Below are positions 19,901 through 26,976 of a DNA stretch of 43,741 bases, piece by piece (positions within the stretch are counted from its first letter, which is position 1; each line of letters starts with the position of its first letter). Source of the DNA: Escherichia phage HK578. The DNA lies in the sequence record NC_019724.1, one strand, 5' to 3'. The position numbers and the translations under genes are program-made. Under the pieces are notes generated by a model. The model had not been told where the DNA came from. It did no database searches and saw only the letters and a program-made list of their open reading frames with translations.

Positions 19901-20365
19901 AGCGCCACATACAGCCTGAAGGCTGGCGTGACGTATAACGGGACTTACTACGATGCGGGTATGCAGCTTTCCGTAGTGGCGTCGGGCAGCGCGGTTAAAT
20001 CGCGTATCGCGTTCAAGGCGGACCAGTTCTACATAATGCATCCGTCTAATGGGTCGCTTTCGTCGGCGTTCATTGTTGACGGTGGGCAGGTGTATATTGA
20101 CACGGCACGCATCAAGGATGCGTCAATCAACTTCGCACAGATCACGGACACGCTGCAATCAAACAACTTCGCTTCCGGGTCGCGCGGATGGCGCATCCAG
20201 AAGGGCGGCGCTGCGGAGTTTAACGAAGTAACGGTCCGCGGCAGGCTGTACGCTGATAGTGGTGATTTTGCTTTTAACGGAATAAACAACACCGTGCAAA
20301 TTAACGGGAATGGGGTGACGGTTAACCTGCCTGGAGGAGGGAGGGTTGTATTAGGTACATTCTGA
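16913..20365 (+). CDS. host specificity / central tail fiber protein (J-like)
   Basis: 1150 aa, last and largest gene of the lambda-like tail tip block. Confidence 0.8.
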   Translation: MTIVYDVTGHKGGGGKQHTPQETPDSLHSLAKIRILLALGEGEFEGIPDPNELRQRVYLDGTPIQNADRSENFPGARVEFRPGTQHQDVIHGFSAVESEQTVGVKLEYGTPWVRQINDTSLDAVRIRIGIPALYTNEDNGDLVGGRIDYKIVVYTDNADPREFRFAAVGKTMSLYERDHRIELPPNVNTGWRVEVHRITADSTSAKVVNDIRVQSITEIIDARLRYPLTALLFVEFDAKAFQNIPRVSIKCKGRKVLIPNNYDPINHTYSGDWDGTFKRAWTDNPAWHWYDICITERFGLGRRIKPQMLNRYALYQIAQRCDQLVSDGNGGREIRFKNDMYIQSQTDAWTVLKDLAAIFAGMTWWGNQMLNIVSDQPVAAVSHTITNASVIDGRFDYASGSQKTRYSTFAVAYGNPKNHYDDAIATGQRVELVRRHKINRLDITAIGCTRESEAQRRGHWALISNQLDQQVSFKVGMEGLFFIPGSVVAIADTNISGGFETRGGRLLSDPGTRIVLNTDSEITFRPGDKFLVRTDSGNVETREIASVNGNKVTLKTALDADPIPDQPFCVDGNDIQLQKFRITDLEYDDSTSTFSVRGIEYNDSKYDAVDNGARLDPGIFTQVPDGVMKGPESVTITPSQISTQGQLITNVDIVFPPVKDAVVYEIQWRRTSLQNMEIQWGNDWVNIPRTASNGAHIHNVFSGNYQARVRAIGMGEISSPWVSSEITPVEGRLGGLNAPIITNAISGLHQILWKWNHNNAATDISYTELEVRKTGETEWKFLSNVPYPGAEYAQTSLEFGIYQQLRARVADKIGNLSDWSAPFEGQVSDKVDEYMKGLDDEFLTSEDGKHFQEAINTIPQGIYEAMLTDAQQLFNARAEYKGIYAEIKVAYNVAADAHQAVAQLETLIGSRLDDAEASIHTLQTAQSTHEQAFAQYQQTVAAKFADQEAAIQSVQTATADVAGALAEYKTQVAAQFGQQSAAIEQKMTSSFNHSGGSATYSLKAGVTYNGTYYDAGMQLSVVASGSAVKSRIAFKADQFYIMHPSNGSLSSAFIVDGGQVYIDTARIKDASINFAQITDTLQSNNFASGSRGWRIQKGGAAEFNEVTVRGRLYADSGDFAFNGINNTVQINGNGVTVNLPGGGRVVLGTF

Positions 20366-20369
20366 AACT

Positions 20370-20389
20370 AAAGCCCCGCCAGGGGCTTT
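20370..20389. terminator. bidirectional intrinsic terminator
   Basis: AAAGCCCC-gcca-GGGGCTTT between convergent J-like gene (+) and 20388..21320 (-). Confidence 0.6.
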
Positions 20390-21320
20390 AGTACATGTTG
20401 GGGAGGTACGGCAGCGGAGTTGGGATCGTAACGTCGGGTCTGTTGCCGATTTCGTACCTTACAATTCGTGAGCCAGTTCCCGACCTTACATATCCGCCGC
20501 TCATAACCACGCCTTTGTTTCTTAGTTCCTTGTAGGCGGGTATAGCCCTTGTATTGAACCCACACCTTAGTATTGGGAAGTAGGAGTCTCCAATATACTG
20601 ATTGCTACCCGACAGACTTATAAACCCAGACACAATAAGTGGTCTGGTAACTGTTGAAAGTGTACAGGCGCCTTTGTGGTTAAATATGTTTAACCCCGGC
20701 CCCGGCACGGGCGCAACCATCTGGAAAATAACCAAATCCATAGTAACACTTCCGGGTGTGTGCCCGGTATCATTTGTGTTTATGTTTGTGCATATCAACC
20801 GATTAACACCGTCGTACTCAACTGAAACACCAGAATTATCCCACCTGCCGAACGGTATGCCGTATATTGGAAGGGTGTAACTATCATGGAATGATATAGT
20901 TTGAGCAAATTTGCAGACAAGCAACCTGTCAGTTGTGGTTATCGATGTGAAATCCGTGCTGTCGGCAACGTAAAGCCCCTGCCCTGATGACCTAAGAACC
21001 TCAACTACAGTCCCTGAAAACTGCGTTACGCGGTCTGGATAGCCGTTCTCATAGCCAATAGATATTGTTCCGCTGGATTCTGTTGAAGAAAAGCCCTTTA
21101 TATAATAAACCTCAACACCACGATCTAGTTCGAAGGAGTATGCGCCATTGTTCGGCAGAAGAAACCTTGAAGCCCCTTCATTACCTTGAATAGGGAATGA
21201 CTTGCTAAACCCGCCACTTGAAACATTGAAGTTCCCCGCAAAATTCAAGGCACGCATACCCGCGGTGATTGTCATCGGGTTGCGTCCGTCATTAAGATCA
21301 ATGTAGATACCTTGTGCCAT
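20388..21320 (-). CDS. hypothetical Ser/Gly/Thr-rich protein (candidate adhesin/receptor-binding protein)
   Basis: 310 aa from ATG 21320 ([12 protein letters not shown]...) with SD GGGAG; start overlaps stop of upstream lipoprotein gene (TAATG); opposite strand to tail genes; function inferred from context only. Confidence 0.55.
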   Translation of the reverse strand: MAQGIYIDLNDGRNPMTITAGMRALNFAGNFNVSSGGFSKSFPIQGNEGASRFLLPNNGAYSFELDRGVEVYYIKGFSSTESSGTISIGYENGYPDRVTQFSGTVVEVLRSSGQGLYVADSTDFTSITTTDRLLVCKFAQTISFHDSYTLPIYGIPFGRWDNSGVSVEYDGVNRLICTNINTNDTGHTPGSVTMDLVIFQMVAPVPGPGLNIFNHKGACTLSTVTRPLIVSGFISLSGSNQYIGDSYFPILRCGFNTRAIPAYKELRNKGVVMSGGYVRSGTGSRIVRYEIGNRPDVTIPTPLPYLPNMY

Positions 21321-21550
21321 TAGTTCCACTCCCGAGAGCCATAATCACGAACTGAGCCACCATGCCCTTTAATTCCGTCATAACGAATATCAACTTCACC
21401 CGCCGGAACAACTACACCGCCTTTCCATTTAGCTACACATACGCCGCTTGCTTGCGTCGCGCACCAACCATCCGTACGCGGGCCAGAAGAGCAACCAACA
21501 GCCATGACTACTATCGCGGCAATGATTGCAGATTTGATTAAAGTTTTCAT
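21320..21550 (-). CDS. small lipoprotein (candidate superinfection-exclusion protein)
   Basis: 76 aa from ATG 21550 with SD AGGAGA; signal peptide [20 protein letters not shown] with lipobox-like AVGC; mature part has 3 Cys. Confidence 0.6.
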   Translation of the reverse strand: MKTLIKSAIIAAIVVMAVGCSSGPRTDGWCATQASGVCVAKWKGGVVVPAGEVDIRYDGIKGHGGSVRDYGSREWN

Positions 21551-21630
21551 GGTATCATCTCCTGTATTAGGTTGAGTTTTAGTATTGCACCACTCAACCA
21601 AGAATGCAACCAATTTATGAGGATTCAGCT

Positions 21631-23472
21631 ATGGCAGCGGGTACACTATCCGTAACGAATAACAGCAAGGCGGTTGTCGGTGTAGGAACGACGTTTACCG
21701 CGTTTAATGCTGGCGACTTTTTATCGCTGGTAGTCGGGCAAGTGCCCTACACTGTTGCGATCGCGTCCGTCGAAAGCGACACCGCGCTTACGTTGGTGCT
21801 GCCGTTCGACGGCCCAACGGCAACTGGCCTCGCGTGGGATGGCGTTAAGCGCGATACCATGTCGCTGGCAACGATGGGTGTAACCGTACAGGCACAGAAA
21901 GCGTTGCGCTTGATGATCGCGGACGAAAACAACTGGCGCGCAATCTTCGGAGACGAAGAAGAGATCACGGTAACGCTGCCGAACGGGCAAGTTATGCAGG
22001 GTATGTCGTGGGGCTATCTGTCGCAATTGCTGAAGGAAGTTGACCCCGTTGAAATGCGCAACCTGCAACAACAAGCCACTACCGCGAAGAACGACGCCGT
22101 TACCGCAAAGAATCAAGCCGTTACCGCGAAGAACGACGCCGTTACCGCGAAAACGGGCGCGGAGACGGCGCGCGACCAGGCTAATACCGCAAAGACCGGT
22201 GCAGAGACGGCGCGCGACCAGGCTAATACCGCGAAAACGGGCGCGGAGACAGCACGGGATCAATCGCTGACTTACCGTAACCAGGCCGAGCAATTTGCTA
22301 ACAGCGTTAATCCGGATAACATTCTGGATCAAGTCGGTGTTGGTGCAAACCCGCGGCACTTACCGGATATTAACGCGCCTGTGAAGGGATTCTGCCGTAT
22401 TATCGCGGGTCAAACCGCGGGGGCGAATGGGTTTAGCGGGGCGGGATGGATCGCCGGTTACGACGGCAGCCAGTCTTATACCGGTATGTTTGTGCAGCCC
22501 GACGGTAACCGCATTTTCGCAGGCGGAAAATCACCAGCTATCGCTGGCGGGTTGTGGCAGTGGCATGAGGTGCCGACTATAGATCGAGCTAATACATTTA
22601 CGCAATCGCAAGAAATTTTAGCGTCATACCCGGGCCTTGAACTGACAACAACCGCGCTCAATAACAACAATCTAGGGAAGACAATCCTTATTGAAAATGA
22701 TGCGGGCGATGCTCTTAACTTTTTCTACAAGATGCTCGACGACGACACGGGACGTTACACCATTAGACTACCGAAGCCTGGGTATAAGACGACGATGACG
22801 ATCGGGCTTGACGGAGGGTTGGCTCCAAACGGCAACTCGTTTAACATCGGTGCCGTTCAAGGATTGGACTTCAGTGTCGGGCAGCAAGGGTGGCGCGCGG
22901 TGGGCGGTGCGTGGACTAATGGCCCAACCAGCGGCAATCTGTTCGGGGCAGTATTCACCCATGCGGTGCAGGGTCTGAATGTCGGGGGGTATGACGCTAA
23001 TGGCACGGATAACCACTGGTTTATACAGCGCTTTTACGACACGTCGGCGAATATCTTTACGCGCGTGCAAGTGAACGACTACCCGTGGGGTAACTGGTAT
23101 AAAGTCACCACGTCCGCTGTGTCGGATGAACGCCTGAAGGATATCAAGGGCAATCTGAATGTGGAGGGTGCGCTGGATAACATCAACCGCATGGAGTTTA
23201 AACTGTTCTCGTTTAAAAATGAGAAGTCAGAAAGCAAACAGCCTGTTACGCGTCGCGGTGTTATCAGCCAGCAGATCCGTCTTATTGATAAAGAGTACAC
23301 AACGGAAGTAGGCGGATTCTACCACCTGGACCAGACCCCGATGTTGTTAGATGGTCTGGCGGCAATCAAGGCTCTGCGCGCGCGTGACGAAGCAAATAAA
23401 GCTGAAATCGCGGAATTGAAAGCTGCCGTGGCGGAATTGAAAGCTGCCGTAGCGGCGCTGTCTAAAGCATAA
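21631..23472 (+). CDS. tail fiber protein with C-terminal intramolecular chaperone (S74-like) domain
   Basis: ATG 21631 with SD GAGGA; nine TA(K/R)xxAx heptads; SDERLKDIKG motif near C-terminus (auto-cleavage signature of S74 chaperone domains); C-terminal AELKAAV repeats. Confidence 0.75.
   Translation: MAAGTLSVTNNSKAVVGVGTTFTAFNAGDFLSLVVGQVPYTVAIASVESDTALTLVLPFDGPTATGLAWDGVKRDTMSLATMGVTVQAQKALRLMIADENNWRAIFGDEEEITVTLPNGQVMQGMSWGYLSQLLKEVDPVEMRNLQQQATTAKNDAVTAKNQAVTAKNDAVTAKTGAETARDQANTAKTGAETARDQANTAKTGAETARDQSLTYRNQAEQFANSVNPDNILDQVGVGANPRHLPDINAPVKGFCRIIAGQTAGANGFSGAGWIAGYDGSQSYTGMFVQPDGNRIFAGGKSPAIAGGLWQWHEVPTIDRANTFTQSQEILASYPGLELTTTALNNNNLGKTILIENDAGDALNFFYKMLDDDTGRYTIRLPKPGYKTTMTIGLDGGLAPNGNSFNIGAVQGLDFSVGQQGWRAVGGAWTNGPTSGNLFGAVFTHAVQGLNVGGYDANGTDNHWFIQRFYDTSANIFTRVQVNDYPWGNWYKVTTSAVSDERLKDIKGNLNVEGALDNINRMEFKLFSFKNEKSESKQPVTRRGVISQQIRLIDKEYTTEVGGFYHLDQTPMLLDGLAAIKALRARDEANKAEIAELKAAVAELKAAVAALSKA
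22081..22263 (+). repeat. in-frame tandem repeats inside tail fiber gene
   Basis: 3 x 21-nt units (TAKNDAV / TAKNQAV) followed by 3 x 42-nt units (TAKTGAETARDQAN), nearly identical at nucleotide level. Confidence 0.8.
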
Positions 23473-23476
23473 CGAG

Positions 23477-23499
23477 AAGGGGCCATGCGGCCCCTTTTT
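23477..23499. terminator. bidirectional intrinsic terminator
   Basis: AAGGGGCC-atgc-GGCCCCTT followed by TTT; between convergent tail fiber (+) and early leftward operon (-). Confidence 0.7.
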
Positions 23500-24073
23500 A
23501 GTTTGAGTTTTCCCAATCCATTTTGCGCCGCACCAGCGGGCTTTCGTAATATTCCTTCCCATCCACTTCCACTAAGGGCCAGTCGTTCACTATAACGTAT
23601 GGCTCCGCGATATCCTCAATCACGCCGTGCGCGCTATGTTGTCCGAAATCTACGCCCACCAGGATAACACCGGCAACGCGACGGGTGAGGTATTCGCGAG
23701 CGCAACGGGCCTCGACCAGTCCGCGACGGATGCCGCTGGTAGCTTTGACCTCGTAGGTCCAGACGGCATCAATCATATGTTCTCGGAAGTCGGGGCCGGA
23801 CTTAACCTTGCGTTTACCGACCATGATAATATCTCCGCGGTCGATAGTGTTAGCGCTAAACAGGCCGGTACGCATTAGCAAACCTTGCGGGATACAGCTA
23901 CGCCCGCCTGCCTGCCCTTCGAGGTACATGCCAGCAAACATTTCGCCTAGCACACCTACGAGTCTGCTTTGCTTGCACGCGTCAGACTTGTATCGCCACT
24001 GGTCAAACTCGATGCTTGCTATCATTGCCGCCAGGTGGAATTGTTTACCGGTTATTTCGTATTCGCCGTACAT
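23498..24073 (-). CDS. hypothetical protein, possible PD-(D/E)xK-type nuclease
   Basis: 191 aa; segment IDAVWTYEVKAT fits a D...ExK arrangement; weak, motif-only. Confidence 0.4.
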   Translation of the reverse strand: MYGEYEITGKQFHLAAMIASIEFDQWRYKSDACKQSRLVGVLGEMFAGMYLEGQAGGRSCIPQGLLMRTGLFSANTIDRGDIIMVGKRKVKSGPDFREHMIDAVWTYEVKATSGIRRGLVEARCAREYLTRRVAGVILVGVDFGQHSAHGVIEDIAEPYVIVNDWPLVEVDGKEYYESPLVRRKMDWENSN

Positions 24074-24115
24074 CGTGTGGTACTCATTGATGCGGGCCGA
24101 AGCCCGCGATTAGAA

Positions 24116-24658
24116 TTATTTAAGTGCGCCAGTCACCAGTGTTTTTTCCATGTTACGGAAATCTTCCTGCGTCATGCAGATTTTCGATCCGTCTTCGCCG
24201 GTGAGCACGACCATAGCCTGCACATCTTGTGCCTCGACGCCCTTAACCGTCTTGCCGAAAGAGGCCACCGTGTCCTCCGCAACTCGAATTGCGCTGTTAT
24301 ACGCATTAATCTCACCGTCGAGACGCATGGACAGGCCTTTGAGGCTGTCGAATTGTGCTGCCGTTGTATCGATCTGAATCTCATCATGCACGGTCATGTA
24401 CGACTCGCCCAGCAGGGAGGCATACGCCACCAGATCCACGATGTTATCTTCCTGGTGCTTACGGTGCTGGCGCACCAGCTTCAGGCAGATCAGGAAGGTC
24501 CAGGCTTCTTGCTCGGACAGGTCGCGCCCGGTAAGCGCGTTAAACACGGCGGCGATCTGTTTAGCGCTGCGTTCTTCTTTCGCGTTGTCATAGCCGTTTT
24601 CTTTCCCGCGCTGTTCCATAGTGGTGGCGGCGTTTTTACAGTATTCGTATGCTTTCAC
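24116..24658 (-). CDS. hypothetical protein
   Basis: 180 aa, GTG start with SD AAGGG; preceded by promoter-like element and 5'UTR hairpin GGGGGC-gataca-GCCCCC. Confidence 0.5.
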   Translation of the reverse strand: MKAYEYCKNAATTMEQRGKENGYDNAKEERSAKQIAAVFNALTGRDLSEQEAWTFLICLKLVRQHRKHQEDNIVDLVAYASLLGESYMTVHDEIQIDTTAAQFDSLKGLSMRLDGEINAYNSAIRVAEDTVASFGKTVKGVEAQDVQAMVVLTGEDGSKICMTQEDFRNMEKTLVTGALK

Positions 24659-24705
24659 AGTATTACCCTTTTTAGCGAGGGGGCTGTATCGCCCCCGACA
24701 CGTTT

Positions 24706-24735
24706 ACTATAGTGCAACCAACCTATTGGTTGCAA
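24706..24735 (-). promoter_or_regulatory. sigma70-like promoter overlapping palindromic operator-like site
   Basis: minus strand TTGCAA-18 nt-TATAGT; embedded perfect inverted repeat TGCAACCAA-ccta-TTGGTTGCA (24713-24734). Confidence 0.4.
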
Positions 24736-25193
24736 GTGAATTTTGCAACGTTTATTGCGTAAATTTTCGGGACCAAATCACCACACGCCCGACGAATCGC
24801 CGCGATGTTCTTCTCGCAATCTTCAATGATGACCAGTTCAGACACGTCCGCGTAGCAGACCATTTTGAACACGGCGCACGCCTTAAACTCTGGCGGCGGG
24901 GTGTCATCCAGCATGTGGCGCATAAACAACCGGCCTACGGGGAAGACCTCCAATTGCTCGGCGGTGGTGTCCCAACATTCTCGCTGCCGGTTGGTCAGAT
25001 ACGCGATCTCGAAGCCTTGCTCTTTATACATGTGCAACAACGGCAACATATCCATGTTCAGGTCTTCGCGGACGTGCGCCTTGTGCCACTTCGCCCAAAA
25101 GGTGGATTTAGTTTTTATACCCGGCACCAGGTCGGCGCGCGCATCGCTTGAACCGTTAATAACGCCATCCAAATCGCAAATCAGTAATTTCAT
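24723..25193 (-). CDS. HAD-superfamily phosphatase (nucleotidase-like)
   Basis: N-terminal DLDGV (HAD motif I), YLTNR (motif II), IIEDCEKN (motif IV); SD GAGGAA. Confidence 0.7.
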   Translation of the reverse strand: MKLLICDLDGVINGSSDARADLVPGIKTKSTFWAKWHKAHVREDLNMDMLPLLHMYKEQGFEIAYLTNRQRECWDTTAEQLEVFPVGRLFMRHMLDDTPPPEFKACAVFKMVCYADVSELVIIEDCEKNIAAIRRACGDLVPKIYAINVAKFTCNQ

Positions 25194-25414
25194 TTCAATT
25201 CCTCAATAAGGGTGGCTCGGGCGCTGCGCGCGGTGTAAGAGTTGCACACGAAATGACAACGTCGGGTAATGACAAGCCACCCGGTAAGGTCCATACCAAG
25301 GAGGTGTTCTGGCCGTGACACGCGACGCACACGATCGCGGCGCGGGTCGATGTTATAGTCTTTTTGCATTTGGTCTACGACCGCGTGGTCGCGGTCAACG
25401 ATTAAGATATTCAT
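25190..25414 (-). CDS. hypothetical small protein
   Basis: 74 aa from ATG 25414 (MNILIVDRD...); overlaps the Dam 3' end by ~20 nt; start uncertain. Confidence 0.35.
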   Translation of the reverse strand: MNILIVDRDHAVVDQMQKDYNIDPRRDRVRRVSRPEHLLGMDLTGWLVITRRCHFVCNSYTARSARATLIEELK

Positions 25415-25880
25415 GTAGCTCACTCTCGCTCATTATTTCAATTTGTGCGCTGCCGGTGGGCGGCGCTTCGTCAAATATTATCAATTGCTGGCACTTGTTA
25501 TTGCTCGGCCCGACTTCACCGGTCACAGCATGTATAAATCGGATCCGCCAGTCCAGAAGAATTATCAGGTTTGCAGTCTTCCGGGCCAGCTTCGCCCACT
25601 TCGTCGACGTGTCCTGATTCAGTAGCATGACGGTCCGGCGTCCGTGCGCTGCACACTCGACCCACGGCAGCGGATCGGAATACGGCGGGTTGCACCACTT
25701 CCACCCTTTCAACTCTGACCAGTCCACTTCAAGCGCGCTGTGCTCTGCCGTGAAGTAACGCGGTAGCAGGTGGTTGTCATCGCTCGCCGCCATGTCATAA
25801 CGGAATCGGTACTTCCGGCGCAGCGGTTTAAATAAAGCTGGCGGCGTGCACCAGCTATCTTTTTGCTCATTCTTCGACAT
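25395..25880 (-). CDS. DNA N6-adenine methyltransferase (phage Dam family)
   Basis: ATG 25880 with SD GGAGA; motifs DMAASDDNH and WCNPPYS characteristic of phage Dam-type amino-MTases. Confidence 0.8.
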   Translation of the reverse strand: MSKNEQKDSWCTPPALFKPLRRKYRFRYDMAASDDNHLLPRYFTAEHSALEVDWSELKGWKWCNPPYSDPLPWVECAAHGRRTVMLLNQDTSTKWAKLARKTANLIILLDWRIRFIHAVTGEVGPSNNKCQQLIIFDEAPPTGSAQIEIMSESELHEYLNR

Positions 25881-25899
25881 CTCACTGTCTCCAGGTATT

Positions 25900-25924
25900 A
25901 AAAAGGGCGTCCAACCGGACACCC
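25900..25924 (-). terminator. intrinsic terminator / attenuator inside early operon
   Basis: minus strand GGGTGTCC-ggtt-GGACGCCC followed by TTTTT, located between promoter-like element and Dam RBS. Confidence 0.5.
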
Positions 25925-25926
25925 TC

Positions 25927-25955
25927 AATATAATGCAGCCAATCTAGTTATGCAA
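25927..25955 (-). promoter_or_regulatory. sigma70-like internal promoter
   Basis: minus strand TTGCAT-17 nt-TATATT; overlaps direct repeats TGCAGCCAAT (25934-25943) and TGCAACCAAT (25951-25960). Confidence 0.4.
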
Positions 25956-25960
25956 CCAAT

Positions 25961-26284
25961 TTACGCATAAAAATTTGGGTCGCGCGCTACGTCTACCAGA
26001 TACAGGTTGCTCATGCGGTTGCCGTAGTGCCCAGGCGTGCGCTGGCGACACACAACGGCGAAGCCTGGAGGGATTGTATTGCCTGTCTCAATAATCCACG
26101 CCACGCGTGCGCCAGACAGCGTCTTGCCGTTGTATTCGATGCGCGTGCCCCCATCGGCAGTGTTAAGGTTGCCAATCTTACAGCCTGTGGACTTCAGGCG
26201 AATGACACCGGTCTTGCTGTCGTAGGAAAAAAGCTGATTGGTCATTGCCACTGAAAAGTCGATTGCGTCGAATGCAGTATTCAT
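25961..26284 (-). CDS. HNH_3/AP2-like domain protein (catalytic status unclear)
   Basis: 107 aa; segment order DGGTRIEYNGKT / ARVAWIIETG / GNRMSNLYLV resembles HNH_3-type homing endonuclease domains but the usual His positions are not obviously conserved. Confidence 0.4.
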   Translation of the reverse strand: MNTAFDAIDFSVAMTNQLFSYDSKTGVIRLKSTGCKIGNLNTADGGTRIEYNGKTLSGARVAWIIETGNTIPPGFAVVCRQRTPGHYGNRMSNLYLVDVARDPNFYA

Positions 26285-26976
26285 TTTAAATTTTCCTCGT
26301 TAACCGCTATCGCGAAGCCGCGCGGGGTGAGTGAGCGGATTAATTTTGTACGAGCGGATTTACCACCGAGGCGACTATACTGCTTCGAGTACCCTTTTTC
26401 AACGAAAACAGGTTTCTTCTCGGGCATACGGAAGCCGTTTCCAGTCCATAAGCAGGTCAGCTTCGGATATGAATCGCGGGCGTTGATGTATTCAGGGAAG
26501 AGCGGGTGTACGTCATCCTCTGGCAGATATCCGCCATACTCCCACGGGTCAAACGAGTGGTCCGGCTTACGCCACTGGGTGGAAAGCACGCTGCGCGGAT
26601 TCTCAATCATATATGGCACTTCGAAGAAATCACCCAGGTAAGCTGCGATCTTCGCGGTGCGCACCGCCTTAAGCTGGAAGGCAGGGTCGCGGGCGCGTTT
26701 GCGCGGGAAAGCTGGCGCACCGCTAACCGCCAGATCCGTACACGGAGGGAATGCGTAAATGATATCCGGCGTGCCGAAATCGCCATTCATAGCGCGGGCC
26801 ACGAAGTCCAGGTCTATAAACTCATTACGATAGCGGATCCCGCGCCCATAAATCCGGTAGTCCAGGTACGACCCGTGATCGGCTTCGGAGTAGTTGAAGC
26901 AGTAACACTTATGCCCCATCTCGGCAGCACGCTCAATCATCAAGCCGCTGCCGTCGAATAATGACCAGATAATCAT
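26281..26976 (-). CDS. C5-cytosine methyltransferase-like protein (compact)
   Basis: 231 aa; motif I-like LFDGSG (res ~7), PPC (res ~78, PCT rather than PCQ), ENP (res ~126) with C5-MTase-like spacing; too short for a typical target recognition domain. Confidence 0.5.
   Translation of the reverse strand: MIIWSLFDGSGLMIERAAEMGHKCYCFNYSEADHGSYLDYRIYGRGIRYRNEFIDLDFVARAMNGDFGTPDIIYAFPPCTDLAVSGAPAFPRKRARDPAFQLKAVRTAKIAAYLGDFFEVPYMIENPRSVLSTQWRKPDHSFDPWEYGGYLPEDDVHPLFPEYINARDSYPKLTCLWTGNGFRMPEKKPVFVEKGYSKQYSRLGGKSARTKLIRSLTPRGFAIAVNEENLK

Noticed and set aside
25929-25934. Perfect plus-strand TATAAT inside the Dam upstream region
   Set aside because: It would drive antisense transcription into a minus-strand operon; more likely the complement of the minus-strand -10 region.
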